Counted from the first letter of the stretch, positions 1-12,450 are shown. The stretch: DNA of 64,000 bases from Anaeramoeba ignava BMAN (GCA_028826165.1 JAPDFW010000111.1:1-64000); one strand, 5' to 3'. A program made the numbers and translations. Notes: generated by a model from the sequence alone, not told the origin.

Positions 1-274
1 TTTATTTTACCGACTTTCGACAAATTTACCTACCATTTTTAACATTTCACCTACCACTTTGACGCAATTTGAAATGACGAATCAACAATGCAATTTTACA
101 GACGGGATTTTATCAAATTTTACCAATTTTCAATACTACTATTTTACTTTTACCTCTTACCTACCCCTACCATTTTACCAATTTTAAATTTTACTTTTAC
201 CACTTAACTTTTACCACATTTCAAATTTTTACCAATTTTACCACTACCTTAACTTTTACTCTTACCAATTTTCA

Positions 275-2033
275 AAAATGTCATTTTCTTTCTTTTTCTT
301 CAAATTTTATTTGGACACAAATTTGTTATCAAATCAAACAAATTTGGACGGTTTGATTTACCAGCCAATCACCCAAATTTTAATTTCATCAATTATTTTT
401 GTGTAATTTGAATTTCTTCTCTATGATTTGATTTGAATAAATCCAATATTCTAATATTTGAAATGATTTATTACTTAATTCATATAATCTGTAACTTTTA
501 TTTGATTTATCTTCTGTTACAGATAAAAACATTCCTCGATATAATTCTCATTATTAATATTAATTTAGGAATTTATATTGTTTTTCTTTCTTTCAATAAT
601 AAAATCTTTTTCATTTTCATTTAAATAAATTCTTTTCATTATTTCTTCAATTTTTCATTTAAATTTATAATTTCTTTAATTTCTGAATATAATTTTGGAT
701 TTATAATTCTGTTTGAATAAATCATTTCAAATATTTGATTTGATTCTTTAATTGATTTATTTGAAATAGTCTTGAAGTTTTTCCAATTTCATTTTTCATT
801 TTGATTTAATCTATATTTCAATATTAATTTATGAGCTTCAATTATTTCTCCATTTTCTGTTTTAAAATGAAATATCACAAAATTCTTTTTTTCTTCTAAA
901 TAATTTTATCAAATCTTCTTCAAGATTGGAAAAAGAAGAAGGAGGATAATAAAGAAATGAATTGTTATATCCACAAGAAATATGATAATTAGAAATATTT
1001 TCCATTAAATCTTAATTTCAGTCTAAATCTGGAATTGGAATTCATCTTTTGTTTTATTTCAGTTCCTAATTGACTATATAAATTTACTTTCAAATCAATT
1101 GATTTTTGAATTGGATGTTAAAATCAAAGTATGAGATCTTCAACAGAAAAATCCAAGAATATTATTATCATTTTCAAATAAAGATGATTTGATTTCTAGT
1201 GCAAATTCATAAGTATTTTCATTTTGCCAAGTCCATTAAATATATAATATCCACATGAATAAAAGTTTTCTTTTTGGATTTTTTTCATTTTCAATCAACA
1301 TTGAATGAGAATATCCACATTTAATATCAATTATTTTTGCCTTTTTGGAATATTTGGGATTTGGGTTGGATTTTCGATCATTTTTATAGATTTTCCTAAT
1401 CCAAGTTGACCATTAAGATTAAACTGCATGAAAATAATTCTTGATTTGAATTTAAAAAGAAAGGGGAAGAAAAACAAGTATTTCTTGAAAATATTTTAGA
1501 AAAACATTTTTCATCATTAAAAATTGTTTTTGTGTTTTCTTGAATTTTCGAGAATTATTAATAACTAGATTCCTGAAAAAGAGTAAGATTCTCATTTTAG
1601 TTAATAAGTAAATTGAATTTCTTCCTGAAAACAATATCTTCAATTATTCTATCATTTATATCTTCAATTAATGATGAAATATTGATAAATTGATTTGATT
1701 ATTTTTATTAATATATCCCCTTTGGCAAATATATTTCCTTCTTTTGTTAAAATAGTTTCGTTTTCATAAACCAACAGATACTTTTTGAATATTTTCTTCA
1801 ATTTGTATTTTTGAGGATTTTGTTTTTGAATCATTTTCATTTAAATATTCTATTGTTTTTCCATTTTTAAAAAGGAAAATTGTTGAAAATAAACTCGATG
1901 AAAATTGTTTAATTTGTTTTTCATTTTCATTTTCATTTTCAAATTTAAATTGAATTGGTTTGTTATTATATTTGATTCATTTTTGATAAAGTTTTGGTGA
2001 ATTATTTGAACCAAAAAATATAATTTCATTCAT
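275..2033 (-). pseudogene. RCC1-repeat/BTB protein copy 1, multiply frameshifted (pseudogene or low-quality consensus)
   Basis: ATG of MNEIIFFGSNNSPK at 2033. Collinear with the intact copies (AHKLILKYRLNQNE, FLSVTED motifs) but has many indels that get denser toward the window start. The 3' end is approximate. Confidence 0.7.
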
Positions 2034-2159
2034 TTGAAAAAGAAAAATGAAAAATGAAAAATGAAAAATTTTTGATTTTTAATTTGATTTTGAATTGTAA
2101 AACTTTTCAAAAACAAAATTTGAATGATATTTGGAAAAAGAAACAAAAACAAATTTTTG

Positions 2160-2720
2160 ATTTTTAATTTTAATTTGATTTTGATTTTTAATTTTAATTT
2201 TAATTTTGATTTTAATTTTAATTTTAATTTTAATTTTAATTTTGATTTTGGATTTTAATTTGATTTTAATTTTAATTTGATTTTAATTTTAATTTTAATT
2301 TTAATTTTAATTTTAATTTTAATTTTAATTTTAATTTTAATTTTAATTTTAATTTTAATTTTAATTTTAATTTTAATTTTAATTTTGAATTTGATTTTTA
2401 ATTTTATCCGATTTTTATTTTAATTTTAATTTTAATTTTGATTTTAATTTTATAAATGATTTTTAATTTGAATTTTAATTTTTAATTTTAATTTTAATTT
2501 TAATTTTTAATTTTGATTTTGATTTTAATTTGAATTTTAATTTTTTTAATTTCAATTTTAATTTTAATTTTAATTTTTGATTTTAGTTTTAATTTTAATT
2601 TTAATTTTAATTTTAATTTTGTTTTTGATTTTAATTTTAATTTTAATTTTGATTTAATTTTAATTTTAATTTTAATTTTAATTATAATTTTAATTTTAAT
2701 TTTAATTTTAATTTTAATTT
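2160..2720. repeat. (TTTTAA/TTTTGA)n hexamer tract
   Basis: Directly visible tandem hexamers between RCC1-BTB copies. Confidence 0.95.
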
Positions 2721-2723
2721 CTT

Positions 2724-4524
2724 TTTAAAATTAAACATTTTTCTTTCTTTTTCTTTTCCAATTTGATTTTTGATTATTAAATTTGTTAATTAATAAATCA
2801 AATAAATTTGGATTTGTTTGATTTAATTGAAAATAATCAATTCCAATTTTAATTTCATCAATTATTTCTTGTGTAATTTGAATTTCTTCTATGATTTGAT
2901 TTGAATAAATCAATATTCTAATATTTGAAATGATTTATTACTTGAATTCACTATAATCTGTAACTTTATTTGATTTATCTTCTGTTACAGATAAAAACAT
3001 TCTCGATATAATTCACTTCTCATTATTAATATTATTTAGGGAATTTATATTGTTTTTCTTTTCTTTCAATAATAAAATCTTTTTCATTTTTCATTTTAAA
3101 TAAATTCTTTTCGTTTGTTTCTTCAATTTTTCATTTAAATTTATAATTTCTTTAATTTCAGAATATAATTTTGGATTTATTATTCTGTTTGAATAAATCA
3201 TTTCAAATATTTGATTTGATTCTTTAATTGATTTATTTGAAATAATTTCTTGAAGTTTTTCAATTTCATTTTCATTTTGATTTAATCTATATTTCAATTA
3301 ATTTATGAGCTTCAATTATTTCTCCATTTTCTGTTTTAAAAAATATCACAAAATTCTTTTCTTCTAAATATTTTTATCAAATCTTCTTCAAGATTGGAAA
3401 AAGAAGAAGGAGAATAATAAAGAAATGGTCTCCATCACCACAAAGAACATGATAATTAGAAATATTTTCATTAAATCTTAATTTAGAGTTCAATTTGAAT
3501 TGGAATTAATTGATATTGTATTTCCAGTTCCTAATTGACCATAATCATTATATCAAATCAATTAATTTTGAATTGGATGTTAAAATCAAAAATGAGAATG
3601 ACCAACAGAAATTTCAAGAATATTATCATCATTTTTCAAATAAAGATGATTTGATTTTCAGTAAATTCATAAGTTTTTCATCTTGGCCAAGTCCATTAGA
3701 TAGATAATTTCCACATGAATAAAGTTTTCTTTTTGGATTTTCATTTTCATTTTCAATCAACATTATTGAATGAGATAATCCACATTGAATATCAATTATT
3801 TTGCCTTTTGGAATATTTTTGATTTTGGTTAATTTTTGGATTTCTGTTTCTTCTTTTCTTGATTCTCCTAATCCAACTTGACCAGAATTATTCCAACCGC
3901 ATCCAAATAATTCTTGATTTGGATTTAAAAGAAAAACAAATTCTGAAGAATTTCCTGAAAATATTTTAGAAACATTTTTCATCATTAAAATTGGTTTTTC
4001 TGTTTTTTTAAGTCTTTCAGAATCAAAACCAAGTTGGTTAGAATAATTTGAACCAATTCCATAAGCATTTTGGTTTGAAGTTAATAAGTAAATTGAGTGA
4101 ATTCCAGAAACAATATCTTCAATTATTCTATCATTTGCATCTTTAATTAATGATGAAATATTGATAAATTCTTTTGAATTATTTGGATTAATATAATATC
4201 CTTTGGCAAATACATTTCCTTCTTTTGTTAAAATAGCTACATTATCATAACCAACAGATACTTTTTGAATATTTTCTTCAATTTGTATTTTTTGAGGATT
4301 TTGTTTTGAATCATTTTCATTTAAATATTCTATTGCTTTTCCATTTTTAAAAAGGAAAATTGTTCCAAAATCTCCTGTTGAAATTTGTTTAATTTGTTTT
4401 TCATTTTCATTTTCATTTTCATTTTCATTTTTAATTTTAAATTGAATTGGTTTTGTGATTAGATATGATTTATTTTTGATAAGTTTTGGTGATTATTTGA
4501 ACCAAAAAATATAATTTCATTCAT
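2724..4524 (-). pseudogene. RCC1-repeat/BTB protein copy 2, frameshifted
   Basis: ATG at 4524 (MNEIIFFG). ORF fragments 3629..3985, 3091..3297 and 2731..2913 match successive parts of the intact paralogues. Several single-base indels, many in homopolymers. Confidence 0.8.
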
Positions 4525-4664
4525 TTTTTAAAAAGAAAAAAAATAAAAAAATGAAAAAATGAAAAATTTTTGATTTTGTTTAATTTGATTTTGAATTGTA
4601 AAAACTTTCCAAAAAAAACAAAATTTGAATGATATTTGGAAAAAAAAAAGAAACAAAAAACAAA

Positions 4665-4830
4665 TTTTAATTTTGAATTTGATTTTGATTTTAATTTTGA
4701 TTTTAATTTTGATTTTAATTTTAATTTTAATTTTAATTTGAATTTTAATTTTAATTTTAATTTTAATTTTAATTTTGATTTTAATTTTAATTTTAGTTTT
4801 GATTTTAATTTTAATTTTAATTTTAATTTC
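4665..4830. repeat. (TTTTAA)n hexamer tract
   Basis: Visible tandem hexamers. Confidence 0.9.
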
Positions 4831-4833
4831 TTT

Positions 4834-6822
4834 TTAAAAAATTAAACATTTTTTCTTCATCTTTTCTTCTTTTTCTTCCTCTTTTTCTTCCTCTTTTTCT
4901 TCCTCTTTTTCTTCCTCTTTTTCTTCCTCTTTTTCTTCCTCTTTTTCTTCCTCTTTTTCTTTTTCTTTTTCTTTCTCTTCTTTTAATTTTAATTGTAAAT
5001 TTTGATTATTAAATTTGTTAATTAATAAATCAAATAAATTTGGATTTGTTTGATTTAATTGGAAATAATCAATTCCAATTTGAATTTCATCAATGATTTC
5101 TTGAGTAATTTGGATTTCTTCTTTGATTTGATTTGAATAAATCCAATATTCAAATATTTGAAATGATTTATTACTTAATTCACTATAATCTGTAACTTTA
5201 TTTGATTTATCATTTGTTACAGATAAAAACATTCCTCGATATAATTCACTTCTCATTATTAATATTAATTTTGGGAATTTATATTGTTTTTCTTTTCTTT
5301 CAATTATAAAATCTTTTTCATTTTCATTTAAATAAATTTTTTTCATTATTTCTTCAATTTTTTCATTTAAATTTATAATTTCTTTAATTTCTGAATATAA
5401 TTTTGGATTTATAATTCTGTTTGAATAAATCATTTCAAATATTTGATTTGATTCTTTAATTGATTTATTTGAAATAATTTCTTGAAGTTTTTCAATTTCA
5501 TTTTCATTTCGATTTAATCTATATTTCAATATTAATTTATGAGCTTTGATTATTTCTCCATTTTCTGTTTTAAATGAAATATCACAAAATTCTTTTCTTC
5601 TAAATAGTTTTATCAAATCTTCTTCAAGATTGGAAAAAGAAAGAGAATAATAAAGAAATGATTTGTCAGAACCACAAGAAATATGATAACTGGAAATATC
5701 TTCATTAAATCTTAATTTAGGAAGTTCAATTTGAATTGGAATTTTTTGATCTATTGTATTTCCAGTTCCTAATTGACCATAATCGTTATTCCCAAATCCT
5801 ATTAATTTTGATTTGGAAGTTAAAATCAAAGTATGAGAATGACCAACAGAAATTTCAAGAATATTATCATCATTTTCAAATAAAGATGATTTGATTTCAG
5901 TAAATTCATAAGTATTTCGAAATACATTTTCGCCAAGTCCATTTAATCCAGAATATCCACATGAATAAAGTTTTCTTTTTGAATTTTCATTTTCATTTTC
6001 AATTAACATTATTGAATGAAAATATCCACATTTAATATCAATTATTTTGCCTTTTGGAATATTTTGGATTTTGGTTAATTTATGGATTTTTCTTTCTATT
6101 GTTGATTCTCCTAATCCAAGTTGACCATATAAATTATCACCACATCCAAATAATTCTTGATTTGAATTTAAAAGAAAAACATAACTTGAAGAATTTCCTG
6201 AAAATATTTTAGAAACATTTTTCATCATTAAAATTGGTTTTTCTGTTTTTTTAAGTGTTTTATAATCAAAACCAAGTTGACCATTATCATTTAAACCAAT
6301 TCCATAAACATTTTGATTTGAAGTTAATAAGTAAATTGAACCTCTTCCTGAAACAATATCTTGAATTATTCTATCATTTATATCTTCAATTAATGATGAA
6401 ATATTGATAAATTCTTTTGAATTATTTGGATTAATATCTTTTCCTTTGGCAAATACATTTCCTTCTTTTGTTAAAATAGCTTCATTTTCATAACCAACAG
6501 TTACTTTTTGAATATTTTCTTCAATTTGTATTTTTTGAGGTTTTTGTTTTGAATCATTTTCATATAAATATTCTATTGCTTTTCCATTTTCAAAAAGGAA
6601 AATTGTTCCAAAATCTCCTGATGAAATTTGTTTAATTTGTTTTTCATTTTCATTTTCATTTTCATTTTCATTTTCATTTTCATTTTCATTTTCATTTTCA
6701 TTTTCATTTTCATTTTCATTTTCATTTTCAAATTTAAATTGAATTGGTTTTGTTATTATTTTTGGTTCATTTTTGATAAGTTTTGGTGAATTATTTAAAC
6801 CAAAAAATATAATTTCATTCAT
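4834..6822 (-). CDS. RCC1-like beta-propeller + BTB/POZ protein with (KEEE)n tail and CaaX box (copy 3)
   Basis: 662 aa intronless ORF. RCC1 motifs (GxNxxGQLGLG, IKCGYFHS, ISVGHSHTLIL), BTB start (FCDISF...IKAHKLILKYR), second BTB-like segment (FPKLILIMRSELYRGMF), C-terminus KKKCLIF. Confidence 0.92.
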   Translation of the reverse strand: MNEIIFFGLNNSPKLIKNEPKIITKPIQFKFENENENENENENENENENENENENENENEKQIKQISSGDFGTIFLFENGKAIEYLYENDSKQKPQKIQIEENIQKVTVGYENEAILTKEGNVFAKGKDINPNNSKEFINISSLIEDINDRIIQDIVSGRGSIYLLTSNQNVYGIGLNDNGQLGFDYKTLKKTEKPILMMKNVSKIFSGNSSSYVFLLNSNQELFGCGDNLYGQLGLGESTIERKIHKLTKIQNIPKGKIIDIKCGYFHSIMLIENENENSKRKLYSCGYSGLNGLGENVFRNTYEFTEIKSSLFENDDNILEISVGHSHTLILTSKSKLIGFGNNDYGQLGTGNTIDQKIPIQIELPKLRFNEDISSYHISCGSDKSFLYYSLSFSNLEEDLIKLFRRKEFCDISFKTENGEIIKAHKLILKYRLNRNENEIEKLQEIISNKSIKESNQIFEMIYSNRIINPKLYSEIKEIINLNEKIEEIMKKIYLNENEKDFIIERKEKQYKFPKLILIMRSELYRGMFLSVTNDKSNKVTDYSELSNKSFQIFEYWIYSNQIKEEIQITQEIIDEIQIGIDYFQLNQTNPNLFDLLINKFNNQNLQLKLKEEKEKEKEKEEEKEEEKEEEKEEEKEEEKEEEKEEEKEEKMKKKCLIF

Positions 6823-6964
6823 TTTTGAAAAAGAAAAAAAATGAAAAAATGAAAAAAATGAAAAATTTTTGATTTTGTTTAATTTGATTTTGAATTGTAA
6901 AAACTTTCCAAAAAAAACAAAATTTGAATGATATTTGGAAAAAAAAAAGAAACAAAAAACAAAT

Positions 6965-7570
6965 TTTAAATTTGATTTTGATTTAAATTTGATTTTAATT
7001 TTGATTTTTAATTTGATTTTAATTTTAATTTTAATTTTAATTTAAATTTTAATTTTCATTTTCATTTTCATTTTAATTTTTTAATTTGATTTTAATTTTG
7101 AATTTGATTTTTAATTTTGATTTTTTAATTTTAATTTTAATTTTAATTTTTAATTTTAATTTTAATTTTAATTTTAATTTTAATTTTAATTTTAATTTTG
7201 ATTTTAATTTTGATTTTAATTTTGATTTTAATTTTCATTTTAATTTTCATTTTCATTTTCATTTTAATTTTTATTTTAATTTTAATTTTAATTTTAATTT
7301 GATTTAATTTTAATTTTAATTTTAATTTTGATTTTAATTTGATTTGATTTTAATTTTGATTTTAATTTTTAATTTTAATTTTTGATTTTAATTTAATTTT
7401 TAAATTTAATTTTAATTTTGTTTTGATTTTAATTTTAATTTTAATTTTAATTTTAATTTTAATTTTAATTTTAATTTTAATTTTAATTTTAATTTTAATT
7501 TTGTTTTGATTTTAATTTTAATTTTAATTTTAATTTTAATTTTAATTTTAATTTTAATTTTAATTTTAAT
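6965..7570. repeat. (TTTTAA)n hexamer tract
   Basis: Visible tandem hexamers. Confidence 0.95.
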
Positions 7571-7576
7571 TTCTTT

Positions 7577-9394
7577 TTAAAAAATTAAACATTTTTCTTT
7601 CTTTTTTTTTTTTCCAATTTGATTTTGATTATTAAATTTGTTAATTAATAAATCAAATAAATTTGGATTTGTTTGATTTAATTGGAAATAATCAATTCCA
7701 ATTTTAATTTCATCAATGATTTCTTGTGTAATTTGAATTTCTTCTATGATTTGATTTGAATAAATCCAATATTCAAATATTTGAAATGATTTATTACTTA
7801 ATTCACTATAATCTGTAACTTTATTTGATTTATCTTCTGTTACAGATAAAAACATTCCTCGATATAATTCACTTCTCATTATTAATATTAATTTAGGAAA
7901 TTTATATTGTTTTTCTTTTCTTTCAATAATAAAATATTTTTCATTTTCATTTAAATAAATTCTTTTCATTGTTTCTTCAATTTTTTCATTTAAATTTATA
8001 ATTTCTTTAATTTCAGAATATAATTTTGGATTTATTATTCTGTTTGAATAAATCATTTCAAATATTTGATTTGATTCTTTAATTGATTTATTTGAAATAA
8101 TTTCTTGAAGTTTTTCAATTTCATTTTGATTTTGATTTAATCTATATTTCAATATTAATTTATGAGCTTTGATTATTTCTCCATTTTCTGTTTTAAATGA
8201 AATATCACAAAATTCTTTTCTTCTAAATAGTTTTATCAAATCTTCTTCAAGATTGGAAAAAGAAAGAGAATAATAAAGAAATGATTTGTCAGAACCACAA
8301 GAAAGATGATAACTGGAAATATCTTCATTAAATCTTAATTCAGGAAGTTCAATTTGAATTGGAGTTAATTTTTCATTTGTATTTCCAGTTCCTAATTGAC
8401 CATAATCATTATATCCAAATCCAATTAATTTTGAATTGGAAGTTAAAATCAAAGTATGAGAATGACCAACAGAAATTTCAAGAATATTATCATCATTTTC
8501 AAATAAAGATGATTTGATTTCAGTAAATTCATAAGTATTTTGAAATAAATTTTTGCCAAGTCCATTATATCTATAATCTCCACATGAATAAAGTTTTCTT
8601 TTTGGATTTTCATTTTCATTTTCAATCATCATTATTGAATGAAGATATCCACATTTAATATCAATTATTTTGCCTTTTGGAATATTTTGGATTTTGGTTA
8701 ATTTTTGGATTTTTCTTTCTATTCTTGATTCTCCTAATCCAAGTTGACCATATATATTATTTCCGCATACAAATAATTTTTGATTTGAATTTAAAAGAAA
8801 AACATGATCTGAAGAATTTCCTGAAAATATTTTAGAAACATTTTTCATCATTAAAATTGGTTTTTCTGTTTTTTTAAGTGTTTTAGAATCATAAACCAAG
8901 TTGACCATATCATTTGAACCAATTCCATAAACATTATGATTTGAAGTTAATAAATAAATTGAACTGTATCCTGAAACAATATCTTCAATTATTCTATCAT
9001 TTGTATCTTCAATTAATGATGAAATATTGATAAATTCTTTTGAATTATTTGGATTAATATCTTTTCCTTTGGCAAATACACTTCCTTCTTTTGTTAAAAT
9101 AGTTTCATTTTCATAACCAACAGATACTTTTTGAATATTTTCTTCAATTTGGATTTTTTGAGGATTTTGATTTGAATTTCTTGAATATTCTATTGCTTTT
9201 CCATTTTTAAAAAGGAAAATTGTTGAAAATAAACTTGATGAAATTTGTTTAATTTGTTTAATTTGTTTTTCATTTTCATTTTCATTTTCATTTTCATTTT
9301 CAAATTTAAATTGAATTGGTTTTGTTATTATATTTGGTTCATTTTTGATAAGTTTTGGTAATAGATTTCTTCCAAAAAATAAACAATCATTCAT
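7577..9394 (-). CDS. RCC1-like + BTB protein with CaaX box (copy 4)
   Basis: 605 aa ORF with the same architecture, ending KKKKKEKCLIF. Confidence 0.92.
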   Translation of the reverse strand: MNDCLFFGRNLLPKLIKNEPNIITKPIQFKFENENENENENEKQIKQIKQISSSLFSTIFLFKNGKAIEYSRNSNQNPQKIQIEENIQKVSVGYENETILTKEGSVFAKGKDINPNNSKEFINISSLIEDTNDRIIEDIVSGYSSIYLLTSNHNVYGIGSNDMVNLVYDSKTLKKTEKPILMMKNVSKIFSGNSSDHVFLLNSNQKLFVCGNNIYGQLGLGESRIERKIQKLTKIQNIPKGKIIDIKCGYLHSIMMIENENENPKRKLYSCGDYRYNGLGKNLFQNTYEFTEIKSSLFENDDNILEISVGHSHTLILTSNSKLIGFGYNDYGQLGTGNTNEKLTPIQIELPELRFNEDISSYHLSCGSDKSFLYYSLSFSNLEEDLIKLFRRKEFCDISFKTENGEIIKAHKLILKYRLNQNQNEIEKLQEIISNKSIKESNQIFEMIYSNRIINPKLYSEIKEIINLNEKIEETMKRIYLNENEKYFIIERKEKQYKFPKLILIMRSELYRGMFLSVTEDKSNKVTDYSELSNKSFQIFEYWIYSNQIIEEIQITQEIIDEIKIGIDYFQLNQTNPNLFDLLINKFNNQNQIGKKKKKEKCLIF

Positions 9395-9459
9395 TTTTGA
9401 AAAGAAAAAAATGAAAAAAATGAAAAAATGAAAAAAATGAAAAATTTTTGATTTTGTTT

Positions 9460-10007
9460 AATTTGAATTTAATTTTAATTTTAATTTTAATTTTTAATTT
9501 TAATTTTAATTTTAATTTTGATTTTTAATTTGATTTTGATTTTAATTTTAATTTTAATTTTGATTTTGATTTTAATTTTAATTTTAATTTTAATTTTAAT
9601 TTTGATTTTGAATTTGATTTTGATTTTTAATTTTAATTTTAATTTTGATTTTGATTTTAATTTTAATTTTAATTTTAATTTTAATTTTGATTTTGAATTT
9701 GATTTTGAATTTGAATTTGAATTTTAATTTTAATTTTAATTTTAATTTTGATTTTTAATTTGATTTTGATTTTAAATTTTAATTTTAATTTTGATTTTTA
9801 ATTTGATTTTGATTTTAATTTGATTTTAATTTTAATTTTGATTTTAATTTTAATTTTAATTTTGAATTCGAATTTTGAATTTTAATTTTAAATTTGATTT
9901 TGATTTTAATTTTAATTTTAATTTTGATTTTAATTTTGATTTTAATTTTAAATTTGATTTTAATTTTGATTTTAATTTTAATTTTAATTTTAATTTTAAT
10001 TTTAATT
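9460..10007. repeat. (TTTTAA/TTTTGA)n hexamer tract
   Basis: Visible tandem hexamers. Confidence 0.95.
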
Positions 10008-10012
10008 TCTTT

Positions 10013-11941
10013 TTAAAAAATTAAACATTTTTTCTTCATCTTTTCTTCTTTTTCTTCCTCTTTTTCTTCCTCTTTTTCTTCCTCTTTTTCTTCCTCTTTT
10101 TCTTCCTCTTTTTCTTTTTCTTTTTCTTTCTCTTCTTTTAATTTTAATTGTAAATTTTGAATATTAAATTTATTAATTAATAAATCAAATAAATTTGGAT
10201 TTGTTTGATTTAATTGGAAATAATCAATTCCAATTTGAATTTCATCAATGATTTCTTGAGTAATTTGGATTTCTTCTTTAATTTGATTTGAATAAATCCA
10301 ATATTCAAATATTTGAAATGATTTATTACTTAATTCACTATAATCTGTAACTTTATTAGATTTATCATTTGTTACAGATAAAAACATTCCTCGATATAAT
10401 TCACTTCTCATTATTAATATTAATTTTGGGAATTTATATTGTTTTTCTTTTCTTTCAATTATAAAATCTTTTTCATTTTCATTTTCATTTTCATTTAAAT
10501 AAATTTTTTTCATTATTTCTTCAATTTTTTCATTTAAATTTATAATTTCTTTAATTTCAGAATATAATATTGGATTTATTATTCTGTTTGAATAAATCAT
10601 TTCAAATATTTGATTTGATTCTTTAATTGATTTATTTGAAATAATTTCTTGAAGTTTTTCAATTTCATTTTCATTTCGATTTAATCTATATTTCAATATT
10701 AATTTATGAGCTTCAATTATTTCTCCATTTTCTGTTTTAAATGAAATATTACAAAATTCTTTTCTTCTAAATAGTTTTATCAAATCTTCTTCAATATTGG
10801 AAAAAGAAAGAGAATAATAAAGAAATGATTTGTCAGAACCACAAGAAATATGATAACTGGAAATATCTTCATTAAATCTTAATTTAGGAAGTTCAATTTG
10901 AATTGGAATTAATTGATTATTTGTATCTCCAGTTCCTAATTGACCATAATCGTTATTCCCAAATCCTATTAATTTTGATTTGGAAGTTAAAATCAAAGTA
11001 TGAGAATGACCAACAGAAATTTCAAGAATATTATCATCATTTTCAAATAAAGATGATTTGATTTCAGTAAATTCATAAGTATTTCGAAATACATTTTCGC
11101 CAAGTCCATTTAATCCAGAATATCCACATGAATAAAGTTTTCTTTTTGAATTTTCATTTTCATTTTCAATTAACATTATTGAATGAAAATATCCACATTT
11201 AATATCAATTATTTTGCCTTTTGGAATATTTTGGATTTTTCTTTCTATTCTTGATTCTCCTAATCCAAGTTGACCATATAAATTATCACCACATCCAAAT
11301 AATTCTTGATTTGAATTTAAAAAAAAAACATAACTTGAAGAATTTCCTGAAAATATTTTAGAAACATTTTTCATCATTAAAATTGGTTTTTCTGTTTTTT
11401 TAAGTGTTTTAGAATCAAAACCAAGTTGACCAAATTGATTTGAGCCAATTCCATAAGCATTTTGATTTGAAGTTAATAAGTAAATTGAACTGTATCCTGA
11501 AACAATATCTTGAATTATTCTATTATTTATATCTTCAATTAATGATAAAATATTGATAAATTCTTTTGAATTATTTGGATTAATATCTTTTCCTTTGGCA
11601 AATACATTTCCTTCTTTTGTTAAAACAGCTTCATTTTCATGGCCAACAGTTACTTTTTGAATATTTTCTTCAATTTGTATTTTTTGAGGTTTTTGTTTTG
11701 AATCATTTTCATATAAATATTCTATTGCTTTTCCATTTTTAAAAAGGAAAATTGTTCCAAAATCTCCTGATGAAATTTGTTTAATTTGTTTTTCATTTTC
11801 ATTTTCATTTTCATTTTCATTTTCATTTTCATTTTCATTTTCATTTTCAAATTTAAATTGAATTGGTTTTGTTATTATATTTGGTTCATTTTTGATAAGT
11901 TTTGGTGAATTATTTAAACCAAAAAATATAATTTCATTCAT
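10013..11941 (-). CDS. RCC1-like + BTB protein with (KEEE)n tail and CaaX box (copy 5)
   Basis: Start taken as the ATG of MNEIIFFG at 11941 by homology with paralogues; the ORF-track extension to 12073 is upstream sequence. Near-identical to copy 3. Confidence 0.92.
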   Translation of the reverse strand: MNEIIFFGLNNSPKLIKNEPNIITKPIQFKFENENENENENENENENENEKQIKQISSGDFGTIFLFKNGKAIEYLYENDSKQKPQKIQIEENIQKVTVGHENEAVLTKEGNVFAKGKDINPNNSKEFINILSLIEDINNRIIQDIVSGYSSIYLLTSNQNAYGIGSNQFGQLGFDSKTLKKTEKPILMMKNVSKIFSGNSSSYVFFLNSNQELFGCGDNLYGQLGLGESRIERKIQNIPKGKIIDIKCGYFHSIMLIENENENSKRKLYSCGYSGLNGLGENVFRNTYEFTEIKSSLFENDDNILEISVGHSHTLILTSKSKLIGFGNNDYGQLGTGDTNNQLIPIQIELPKLRFNEDISSYHISCGSDKSFLYYSLSFSNIEEDLIKLFRRKEFCNISFKTENGEIIEAHKLILKYRLNRNENEIEKLQEIISNKSIKESNQIFEMIYSNRIINPILYSEIKEIINLNEKIEEIMKKIYLNENENENEKDFIIERKEKQYKFPKLILIMRSELYRGMFLSVTNDKSNKVTDYSELSNKSFQIFEYWIYSNQIKEEIQITQEIIDEIQIGIDYFQLNQTNPNLFDLLINKFNIQNLQLKLKEEKEKEKEKEEEKEEEKEEEKEEEKEEEKEEKMKKKCLIF

Positions 11942-12084
11942 TTTTGAAAAGAAAAAAAATGAAAAAAATGAAAAAATGAAAAATTTTTGATTTTGTTTAA
12001 TTTGATTTTGAATTGTAAAAACTTTCCAAAAAAAACAAAATTTGAATGATATTTGGAAAAAAAAAAGAAACAAAAAACAAATTT

Positions 12085-12450
12085 TAATTTTGATTTTAAT
12101 TTTAATTTAAATTTGAATTTTAATTTTAATTTTAATTTTAATTTTAATTTTGATTTTAATTTTAATTTTAATTTTAATTTTAATTTTAATTTTAATTTTA
12201 ATTTTAATTTTAATTTTAATTTTAATTTTAATTTTAATTTTAATTTTAATTTTGATTTTTAATTTGATTTTAATTTTAATTTTAATTTTAATTTGATTTT
12301 CATTTTGAATTCGGATTTTGATTTTAGTTTTGATTTTAATTTTGAATTTGATTTTCATTTTGAATTTAATTTTCATTTTAAATTTGATTTTGATTTTTAA
12401 TTTTAATTTTAATTTTAATTTTTAATTTTGATTTTAATTTTAATTTTAAT
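12085..12450. repeat. (TTTTAA)n hexamer tract
   Basis: Visible tandem hexamers. Confidence 0.95.

Noticed and set aside
1-270. Possible telomeric repeat (C-rich ctacc/ttacc units at the window start)
   Set aside because: There is no consistent unit. It lies where a (TTTTAA)n spacer is expected after copy 1 and looks like noisy sequence.
4636-12376. Short FNFNFN/ILILIL/KIKIKI ORFs
   Set aside because: Translations of hexamer tracts.
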